The notes under the pieces: model-generated
Seen by the model: only the letters and a program-made list of their open reading frames with translations
What the model was told of the DNA's origin: nothing
Databases searched by the model: none
Program-made: the position numbers and the translations under genes
Shown here: piece by piece, positions 25,453-34,600 of the stretch
Layout of the letters: the number at the start of each line of letters is the position of its first letter
Numbering within the stretch: position 1 is the stretch's first letter
Source of the DNA: Azolla caroliniana
Lineage: Eukaryota; Plantae; Polypodiophyta
Assembly: GCA_043228905.1 (NCBI GenBank)
Contig: JBHGNT010000061.1
Location: forward strand, 89,505-153,504
Direction: 5' to 3'
Length of the DNA stretch: 64,000 nucleotides

Positions 25453-28154
25453 TTGTGGCTCGGGCCCGGAAGGTAAACACGTTGTACCTGATGAATGCCC
25501 GGTTATGTCCGGAGGAAGTGAATGTGGCATCCGACACTGCCTGTGAGTTGTGGCACAAAAGGTTGTGTCACATGAGCGAGAAGGGGATGAAGAGGCTTGC
25601 AGATAACAACCTCAATCCAGTGAAGAATGTGCACTTGGAGAAGTGCACTGATTGTTTGGCCGGTAAACAAAACAGGACCTCCTTCCGATCAAGGCCACCG
25701 ATGAGACGTAATGCGCCACTGGAGTTGGTGCATACAGATGTGTGTCAAGTGGACACGAAGTCACATGTCGGAACACAGTACTTCGTGACGTTCATAGATG
25801 ACCACAGTCGGAAGCTGTGGGCCACACCGTTGAAGACGAAGGATCAGGTGTTATCCGTCTTCAAAGAGCTCCACGCGAGAGTGGAAAGAGAAACCGGTCG
25901 GGAGCTGAAGGCGGTTCGAGCAGATAACGGAGGAGAATACCGGGGGCAATTCGAGGAGTACTGCCACTCGAAGGGAATCCGGCTTGAATTTACCGTGCCG
26001 AAGACGTTGGAACTAAACGGGCTGGCCGAGAGGATGAACCGGACCATAATGGAGAGGGTCCGGAGTATGCTAGCGCATGCAAAACTACCCAAGAAGTTTT
26101 GGGCTGAGGCACTATCGACGGCGACATACGTGATAAACAGATCACCCTCAGTACCCTTGGATGGAGACGCACCGCAGAGAGTATGGACTGGTAAGGAAGT
26201 GTCCTATCGGCATTTGAAGGTGTTCGGGTGTCTCGCATACGTGCATGTAGCTAAGGACCGGAGAGGAAAGTTAGATCCAAAGACCCGGCCGTGCATATTC
26301 CTCGGTTACGACGACAATGAGTTCGGCTACCGAGTGTGGGACCCGGTCGACAAGAAGGTATTCCGGAGTTGAGATATTATCTTTATGGAGGACATGACGC
26401 TCGCCGACTAGGAGTCGGAGAAGAAGATAATGAACTCCGAGTCGACCGGTAAGGATCGACTCTACGATGAGCAGACCCAACCGGCAAGAGACCGGTTAGC
26501 ACTCGAGGGACCAACCGGTTACGGTGAGGATACCGAACAGGCCCGAAGACGGAGATATCCTCTCAGAGAGAGTAGGGCGCCACGGAGATTTCCGGATGCA
26601 GAGCATGTTCTACTGACCGATGAGGGGGAGCCGGAAAGCTTCGAAGAAGCGAAGGATGACACCCACAACCGAAAATGGTTAAGTGCAATGCAGGATGAGA
26701 TGGATTCCCTGCATGAGAACCATACGTACGAATTGGTGGAGTTGCCGAAAGGAAAGTGGGCACTCCGAAACAAGTGGGTGTACAAGTTGAAACCGGGAGA
26801 TCCCGGCAACCCCCCGAGATACAAAGCCAGGATCGTGGTGAAGGGGTTCCAGCAGAAAAAGGGCGTGGACTTTGACAAGATATTTGCCCCAGTAGTAAAG
26901 ATGACCTCCATTCGAACGGTGCTGAGTATAGCGGCAAGCATGGACCTCGAGGTAGAACATCTAGACATGAAGACGACATTCCTTCACGGCGACCGGATGG
27001 ATTTTGGAGAAAGGGAAGGAGCACCTGGTATGCCGGCTGAAGAAGAGCCTGTACGGACTAAAGCAGGCTCCCCGACAATGGTACCGGAAGTTCGATTCCT
27101 TCATGACCGATCAAGGGTACCACAAGACGCAGGCCGATCACTGCATGTTTGTGAAGAAGTTCGAAGGAGGCGACTTCCTGATACTCCTTCTATACGTGGA
27201 CGACATGTTGATCGTCGGACATGTTGATCGTCGGATGTTGAAGAAGGCTCTCAACCGGACCTTCTCAATGAAAGACTTGGGTTTGGCAAGACAGATGCTG
27301 GGGATGCATATTATTCGGAACCGGTCAATGAAGCAATTGTGGCTGTCACAGGAGAAGTACGTGACAAAGGTGCTTCAGCGGTTAAACATGTCGGATGCGA
27401 AACCGGTCGGATCGACACTTCCGGCAAACTGCAGGCTATCCGGTAAGCAAAGCCCGAAGACGAAAGCAGAGAAGGCGGAGATGATGAAGGTCCCATATGC
27501 CTCTGCCGTCGAGAGCTTGATGTACGCAATGGTGTGTACCCGTCCGGATATAGGATACGTAGTCGGAGTGGTGAGCCGGTTTATGAGCAATCCCGGCAAG
27601 GAGCACTGGAACGCGGTCAAATGGATACTCTGGTATTTGAAGGTCACTTCAAATATGTGTCTCCCATTCGGCTCCGGAAAACCTCAACTTGACGGTTTCC
27701 CCGATTCGGACATGTCGGCTGATGTGGATACCAGCCGGTCTACATCCGGGTATGTCATGACATATGCAGGGGGAGTTGTTTCGTGGCAGTCGAGGCTGCA
27801 GAAGACGGTTGCATTGTCAACCACGGAGGCGGAGTACATGGCAGCTGTGGAAGCTGGCAAGGAAATATTATGGATGAAGGACTTCATCGGAGAGCTCGGT
27901 ATCCGGCAAGATGAATACCGGCTCTATTGCGACAATCAAAGTGCCATCCACCTTGCTAAGAATGCGGCCTACCATTCCCGGACGAAGCATATCCAGCGAA
28001 GATATCACTGGATCCGGGAAAGAGTAGATGACCAGGAGTTCGCACTGACGAAAATCCACACAGCCGAGAACGGGTCAGATATGCTGACCTACCTGACAAG
28101 TTGGATGCATGCCGGAAGAGGATCGGACTAGTAAGACACCCCATGTCGGAGTGA
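25452..28154 (+). pseudogene. pol: Disrupted copia pol (GAG-pre-integrase, integrase, reverse transcriptase, RNase H)
   Basis: Motifs: WHKRLCHMS..CTDC (HHCC), LVHTD/RADNGGEY/GLAERMNR (DDE), KLDPK, KWVYKLK, RYKARIVVKGF, KSLYGLKQAPRQW, YVDDML, ALSTTEAEY, CDNQSAI, HSRTKHI. Lesions: in-frame stops at 26370 (TGA) and ~26409 (TAG); deletion and frameshift at ~26990-27004 (the segment after FLHGD is missing); frameshift at ~28089, after which the native tail PDKLDACRKRIGLV ends at TGA 28152-28154. Confidence 0.95.
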
Positions 28155-28162
28155 AGGGGGAG
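28153..28162 (+). promoter_or_regulatory. Polypurine tract of copia fragment 1
   Basis: GAAGGGGGAG, then TT, then the LTR start TGTTGG. Confidence 0.9.
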
Positions 28163-28164
28163 TT

Positions 28165-28765
28165 TGTTGGAAGACAGGTCCCTCCAGATGGGAAGGGAGA
28201 AGAACAATGTTGATGAACAAACTCGGTCTAGGCCGAATCCAGATGAGGAGTACCCGGCTACGGAGAGCCGGATGGTGCAGACCCGGTGAGGAGTGCTCAC
28301 CGAATGAAAAGACATATTCGTAAATATGTTTCGTAGAGTCCATCATGGCTATATTTGTAAATAGCCGAAAAGTCATATTAGTATAAATATGACTTAGGGC
28401 AAACTTTTAGATGTTGTTGTTATTCTTGTTGGTGGAAGAAGCGAGAGCGTGTAACAGTGTACAGAGAGTGAGAGAGAGAGGTAGAGGTCGTTGCCTCTGC
28501 TGTAACTGCCGCCTGTGGCGAAAGTCGTGAGTGCGAGGTCGTTGCCTCCGTGAGCTCACTGTTGTAATCATTGTGATATAGTGATAGTTTGGAGTCTGTG
28601 GACTTTCGTGGTTTTTCCCTCTCAGGGTTTTCCACTTTAAACATCCTGTGTACCTTTTTTTTCTCTCCTTTGTGTCGTGTCTTTCGTTTCCCGTTTTCTG
28701 TGTATGAGTCTAAGCTCGGTTGTGGACGAGCGTTGCGTATAGGGAGCGTGCAGTTCCTATCAACA
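28165..28765 (+). repeat. 3' LTR of copia fragment 1 (601 bp)
   Basis: TGTTG...CAACA termini, preceded by a PPT, TATAAAT at 28382, T-rich U5-like end, not followed by a PBS. Confidence 0.85.
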
Positions 28766-29235
28766 TGAGAGCTACTCTAAATCGAGGCAACATAGCCGTC
28801 GGAAGTAGTTAGACTCGGAGCCCACTAGATTCGCCTTCGCCGATTTATTTTAGCCCCTTTGGTTGATTTATAACCGATTCTTGTAATAACCACCGAAATC
28901 GTGGTGTCAAGCCTAACAATTGTAAAAAATATATAAACAAAAACCCTAATTTATATCAAAACTTACGTATATTTTCTCCGTGTCTTTGTCATAATCTCCC
29001 ACTTCCTCACCCCTTGTGTCTCCCTAGTCCAAGGCCCCGGCGGTCCTGTTCGAGCGACACATGCACGCGAAACTCCACGATAGCATCTAGTCTCACACAA
29101 CTATGGTGCCGCTTACTCATGCGCTCTCATGTCTCTCTCTATTTCATGCTCTATCATTATGTTCTATGCTACACATTATGTTTTTCCCTAGGTGTATACA
29201 TACCAATACACATTATGGGATATTTACAAATATGA

Positions 29236-29287
29236 TTGTTGTTGTTGTTGTTGGTATTATTATTATTATTATTATTACTACTACTAC
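29236..29287. repeat. Compound trinucleotide microsatellite (TTG)n-(TAT)n-(TAC)n
   Basis: Read directly: ttgttgttg...ggtattattatt...actactac. Confidence 0.9.
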
Positions 29288-29300
29288 CACTCTCTGTTAA

Positions 29301-29421
29301 TTAGCCAACTCCAATGTCGGCTTTCCAATCAGCCTGACTAGTCGACTCCCATGTCGGCTATCCAGTTGACCCGATTAGTCAACTCCATTGTCAACCATCT
29401 GGTCAGCCCGACTAGTCGGCT
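29301..29421. repeat. Degenerate 37-bp tandem repeat (~3.3 copies) inside the fragment 2 LTR
   Basis: TTAGCCAACTCCAATGTCGG.. (29301), CTAGTCGACTCCCATGTCGG.. (29338), TTAGTCAACTCCATTGTCAA.. (29375), CTAGTCGGCT (29412). Confidence 0.75.
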
Positions 29422-29571
29422 AGGTTGTCTTTGACTTGGACCATTTGTCCAATACTGTCAACTCGTTGGTCGATCCAATCCACAATCCTGTATTCGGCTT
29501 GTCAATCCGACTATTGACTTCGACTATCGACTTCTCCCATATGAGGGACATTTTCCTAACAAACTCCCCCT

Positions 29572-29956
29572 TCACTCCTATGGGGAGGAGTCTATCATTC
29601 CAGTCTTCTGTCGACGAGCTCTAAGTCTGTCCATAGGTAGGTTCTTCGTGAGCATGTTGGATCCATTATCATCAACATGGATCTTCACGAGGGTAAACTC
29701 TCCATCATCCACTTTCTCTCGCAACCAATGATACCTTCTTTGTATGTGTTTGATCCGAGAATGGTAAGCAATGTTCTTGGCTAGATGTATGGCACTCTGA
29801 CTGTCACAATGAAGTAAGAACCTCTTTGCTTCATTCCCAACTCATTGAGAAAATTTCTCATCCATATCAGTTCCTTGCCGGCCTCTACCGCGACCATATA
29901 CTCTGCTTCTGTGGTTCACAAGGCCGCAGACTTCTATAGTCTTAACTGCCATGACA
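29572..29956 (-). pseudogene. Copia RNase H C-terminal fragment with stops and a frameshift
   Basis: Motifs TTEAEY, CDSQSAI and HSRIKHI, with in-frame stops and a frameshift near 29825. Not reported in this frame by the ORF track. Confidence 0.88.
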
Positions 29957-30099
29957 TCCGAATGGGAAGTGAAGCTCGAATCGAGGAAAAGGGGAGAATT
30001 GATTCCATGGAGTTGATGAGTATTTCGGCTGAAATCGAAAACCAAAATTGAGAATTGATTATATAACCGATTCGGGAGGCTATATTTGTAAATAGTCTG
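29957..30099 (+). mobile_element. Probable U3 fragment of an LTR related to the fragment 1 LTR
   Basis: Shares GGCTATATTTGTAAATAG (30078-30095) exactly with 28347-28364, plus ATGGGAAG. It is interrupted by the start of fragment 3. Confidence 0.5.
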
Positions 30100-30290
30100 T
30101 GTTGAGAATCGAACTCAACTTCCCATAGGGACAGTGTTCACATTAGTCAGTGGGCAACTTACTAGGATAGATTTGTAATTAATAGAAATGGCATTTGCCC
30201 TAGAATAGTTGGTATTTAAACCAACCTTTTGTAACTGAGTAACTGTTGGATGTATTATACACTTTTTTGGTTTAGAGCTCTCTCTCTCTC

Positions 30291-30375
<85 letters not shown>

Positions 30376-30403
30376 GCACCACCCACAACTCTCATTCTTT
30401 ACA
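30100..30403 (+). repeat. 5' LTR of copia fragment 3 (~304 bp)
   Basis: TGTTGAGAAT...ATTCTTTACA (8/10 inverted match), TATTTAAA at ~30213, immediately followed by the PBS. Confidence 0.78.
30278..30369. repeat. (CT)n microsatellite, ~46 units with one interruption, inside the LTR
   Basis: Read directly from the sequence. Confidence 0.97.
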
Positions 30404-30415
30404 TGGTATCAGAGC
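30404..30415 (+). promoter_or_regulatory. Primer-binding site for initiator tRNA-Met
   Basis: TGGTATCAGAGC directly after the LTR-terminal CA; this is the canonical plant retrotransposon PBS. Confidence 0.95.
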
Positions 30416-30555
30416 GCAAGGTACCTTGATCCAAGCCAATATCCTTTACGTGTGTTGTGCTCAAGCTTGTATTCAGAGAGAACCGACTGATCGTTGTAGC
30501 AACGATCTGCACAATTCGCATCAAGAGTAGAAGAAGTTCAATAATCAACACTCAG

Positions 30556-31619
30556 ATGAGAAGCGCTCTTCCCACCGAGAAGCTCGATAGAACAAACTTC
30601 GCATCTTGGGAGTACAAGATGCATCAGTATCTTGTCAGACAAGGTTACCAGAGCTACATCGAGAGAGCTCACAAAACGCAACCCAACCCGACACACACCG
30701 ACTACCTAGCGTGGGAGCAGGCCGCAAGCCGTGTGTTATACTACCTTTCATCATGCGTTCATGACCACATGCTAGGCTATATTTGAGATTCGAAAACACC
30801 GAAAGAAACTTGGGGAAACCTCAAAAAGATTTTTGCGGCCAATATGGTTGCACGAAAGCTCCACCCTCGACAGGAGCTAAACAACATGCAATAGAGGGAT
30901 ATGTCGATCACCGGCTATACCTTGAAGATCAAGGAGCTGTATGATGCCCTCGGATCGATCAATGTCATCATCAATGATGACGAAATGGTGCAAATATGCC
31001 TCAGCGGCTTACCACCACGATTCGGCATGATCAGATCGGCCATTCTCACAAGGGAGAACCCACCTTCCTTTTTCGACCTTCAATCGATATTATTGGTGGA
31101 AGAAAGCCATGCCCAACAAAGGAGCAATGCATCTGATGGTCAGATGCTCTACTCTCAGTTGGATGATAGAAGAGGATTCAACCATGGAAAAAGAGGTCGA
31201 TTCGGAAGAGGTCGACATGGTCGGCCGACTCAAGAGCGTAACTCCCACCAATGGCAAGAGGACAGGAATAGTCCCAGAGAGTTCAGCAAAAGAGGGAGCC
31301 ATCCTGCCAGACAAAGCAATCATAACAACCTAATTAAATGCGGGTATTGTGGAAAACTCGGTCACTATGAAGAGGAGTGCCGAAAAAAGATACGAGACTC
31401 GGCTTCGACTAGCCGACAACTCACTAACTACGCATCAAATTCAGACTACGATGATCGAGGCGGAATGTTTATGATGAGGCACAATGCACATTCGATGTCG
31501 ACACAACCTTTGACTAGCACCTCTTCTTCAGACAATGTATGGTTTGTCGATTTGGGAGCATCCAATCATATGATGTCCCATGAGGACTGGTTCCGAGAAC
31601 TACGAAAGCCCGATCGGCC
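30556..31619 (+). pseudogene. gag: Copia gag-protease pseudogene
   Basis: MRSALPTEKLDRTNFASW... reads in one frame through stops at 30784 (TGA) and ~30892 (TAG). It contains the zinc knuckle CGYCGKLGHYEEEC (CX2CX4HX4C) and the protease motif WFVDLGASNHM (normally DSGAS). Confidence 0.92.
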
Positions 31620-34600
31620 TTCAAAATCTTGATTTTTTAATTCCATATCATACCTAGCGTTGTTAGCTTCGATTCGAATGTTTGAACACAAAAATCCGAT
31701 ATCACACGAGCCAGGTATGAACATTTTAATTTACTCAAGGGCTCCTGTCAACTCACTCCTCAAATTTGGTAATTTTATCATGTCTCTCGCTCTGAATTTC
31801 AAAATCTTGATTTTCTAATTCCTTATCATAGCTAGCGTTCGATTCGCATGTTTGAACACAAAAATCCGATATCACACGAGCCAGATATGAGTATTTACAT
31901 TTACCTACAAGCTCTTCTCAACTCACTCCTCAAATTTGGTAATTTCGTCATGTCTCTCGACCTGAGTTTCAAAATCTTGATTTTTTAATTCCATATCATA
32001 CCTTGCGTTGTTAGCTTCGATTCGCATGTTTGAACACAAAAATCCGATATCACACGAGCCAGGTATGAACATTTTAATTTACTCAAGGGCTCCTCTCAAC
32101 TCACTCCTCAAATTTGGTAATTTCATCATGTCTCTCGACCTGAGTTTCAAAATCTTGATTTTTTAATTCTATATCATAGCTAGCGTTGTTAGCTTCGATT
32201 TGCATGTTTGAACACAAAAATCCGATATCACACGAGCCAGATATGAACATTTACATTTACCTACAAGCTCTTCTCAACTCACTCCTCAAATTTGGTAATT
32301 TCGTCATGTCTCTCGACCTGAGTTTCAAAATCTTGATTTTTTAATTCCATATCATACCTAGCGTTGTTAGCTTCGATTCGCATGTTTGAACACAAAAATC
32401 CGATATCACACGAGCCAGGTATGAACATTTTAATTTACTCAAGGGCTCCTGTCAACTCACTCCTCAAATTTGGTAATTTCATCATGTCTCTCGACCTGAG
32501 TTTCAAAATCTTGATTTTTTAATTCCATATCACAGCTAGCGTTGTTAGCTTCGATTCACATGTTTGAACACAAAAATCCGATATTACACGAGCCAGGTAT
32601 GAACATTTTAATTTACTCAAGCGCTCCTCTCAGCTCACTCCTCAAATTTGGTAATTTTATCATGTCTCTCGCTCTGAATTTCAAAATCTTGATTTTCTAA
32701 TTCCATATCATAGCTAGCGTTGTTAGCTTCGATTCGCATGTTTGAACACAAAAATCCGATATCACACGAGCCAGATATGAACATTTTCATTTACCTACAA
32801 GCTCTTCTCAACTCACTCCTCAAATTTGGTAATTTCGTCATGTCTCTCGACCTGAGTTTCAAAATCTTGATTTTTTAATTCCATATCATACCTAGCGTTG
32901 TTAGCTTCGATTCGAATGTTTGAACACAAAAATCCGATATCACACGAGCCAGGTATGAACATTTTAATTGACTCAAGGGCTCCTGTCAACTCACTCCTCA
33001 AATTTGGTAATTTCATCATGTCTCTCGACCTGAGTTTCAAAATCTTGATTTTTTCATTCCATATCATAGCTAGCGTTGTTAGCTTCGATTCGCATGTTTG
33101 AACACAAAAATCCGATATCACACGAGCCAGGTATGAACATTTTAATTTACTCAAGGGCTCCTGTCAACTCACTCCTAAAATTTGGTAATTTCATCATGTC
33201 TCTCGACCTGAGTTTCAAAATCTTGATTTTTTAATTCCCTATCATAGCTATCGTTGTTAGCTTCGATTCACAATTTTGAACACAAAAATTCGATATTATA
33301 CGAACCAGGTATGAACATTTTAATTGACTCAAGGGCTCCTGTCAACTCACTCCTCAAATTTGGTAATTTCATCATGTCTCTCGCCCTGAGTTTCAAAATC
33401 TTGATTTTCTAATTCCATATCATAGCTAGCGTTGTTAGCTTCGATTCGCATGTTTGAACACAAAAATCCGATATCACACGAGCCAGATATGAGTATTTAC
33501 ATTTACCTACAAGCTCTTCTCAACTCACTCCTCAAATTTGGTAATTTCGTCATGTCTCTCGACCTGAGTTTCAAAATCTTGATTTTTTAATTCCATATCA
33601 TAGCTAGCGTTGTTAGCTTCGATTCGCATGTTTGAACACAAAAATCCGATATCACACGAGCCAGGTATGAACATTTTAATTTACTCAAGGGCTCCTCTCA
33701 ACTCACTCCTCAAATTTGGTAATTTCATCATGTCTCTTGACCTGAGTTTTAAAATCTTTATTTTTTAATTCTATATCATAGCTAGCGTTGTTAGCTTCGA
33801 TTTGCATGTTTGAACACAAAAATCCGATATCACACGAGCCAGGTATGAACATTTTAATTTACTCAAGGGCTCCTGTCAACTCACTCCTCAAATTTGGTAA
33901 TTTCATCATGTCTCTCGACCTGAGTTTCAAAATCTTGATTTTTTAATTCCCTATCATAGCTATCGTTGTTAGCTTCGATTCACAATTTTGAACACAAAAA
34001 TTCGATATTATACGAACCAGGTATGAACATTTTAATTGACTCAAGGGCTCCTGTCAACTCACTCCTCAAATTTGGTAATTTCATCATGTCTCTCGCCCTG
34101 AGTTTCAAAATCTTGATTTTCTAATTCCATATCATAGCTAGCGTTGTTAGCTTCGATTCGCATGTTTGAACACAAAAATCCGATATCACACGAGCCAGAT
34201 ATGAGTATTTACATTTACCTACAAACTCTTCTCAACTCACTCCTCAAATTTGGTAATTTCGTCATGTCTCTCGACCTGAGTTTCAAAATCTTGATTTTTT
34301 AATTCCATATCATACCTTGCGTTGTTAGCTTCGATTCGCATGTTTGAACACAAAAATCCGATATCACACGAGCCAGATATGAGTATTTACATTTACCTAC
34401 AAGCTCTTCTCAACTCACTCCTCAAATTTGGTAATTTCGTCATGTCTCTCGACCTGAGTTTCAAAATCTTGATTTTTTAATTCCATATCATACCTTGCGT
34501 TGTTAGCTTCGATTCGCATGTTCGAACACAAAAATCCGATATCACACGAGCCAGGTATGAACATTTTAATTTACTCAAGGGCTCCTGTCAACTCACTCCT

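Larger units (their letters stand above)
25453..28765 (+). mobile_element. Ty1/copia LTR retrotransposon fragment 1 (Tnt1-like), 5'-truncated: INT-RT-RNaseH-PPT-3'LTR
   Basis: Copia domain order INT>RT>RH, followed by a PPT and a TGTTG...CAACA LTR. No gag, protease or 5' LTR is present. Confidence 0.95.
29295..29956 (-). mobile_element. Ty1/copia fragment 2: RNase H end, PPT and short 3' LTR; related to fragment 1
   Basis: Minus-strand translation: SWQLRL*KSAAL*TTEAEYMVAVEAGKELIWM.../LHCDSQSAIHLAKN.AYHSRIKHIQRRYHWLREKVDDGEFTLVKIH..DNGSNMLTK. The PPT context GGAGTGAAGGGGGAGTT is identical to fragment 1. The LTR starts TGTTAGG at 29561. Its candidate end TAACA at 29295 is less certain. Confidence 0.88.
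30100..31619 (+). mobile_element. Ty1/copia fragment 3, 3'-truncated: 5'LTR-PBS-gag-start of protease
   Basis: LTR with imperfect terminal inverted repeat, a tRNA-iMet PBS, a copia-type gag and a protease motif. It is cut off by the satellite at 31620. Confidence 0.92.

Noticed and set aside
25361-28644. Antisense and alternative-frame ORFs over copia fragment 1
   Set aside because: Shadow ORFs of GC-rich pol/LTR sequence with no recognisable motifs.
29014-29624. Small ORFs, including a hydrophobic VVVVGIIIIIITTTT 'membrane peptide'
   Set aside because: Translations of the compound microsatellite and LTR sequence.
30100-30125. Satellite derived from LTR3 (GTTGAGAA, GAATCGAA, CTCAACT words)
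   Set aside because: Matches are only 7-8 bp and not collinear; expected by chance.
25094-31619. A single intact or circularly permuted retrotransposon (pol before gag)
   Set aside because: The LTR after pol (28165-28765) and the LTR before gag (30100-30403) differ in length and sequence. They are separated by an inverted fragment, and all ORFs are disrupted.
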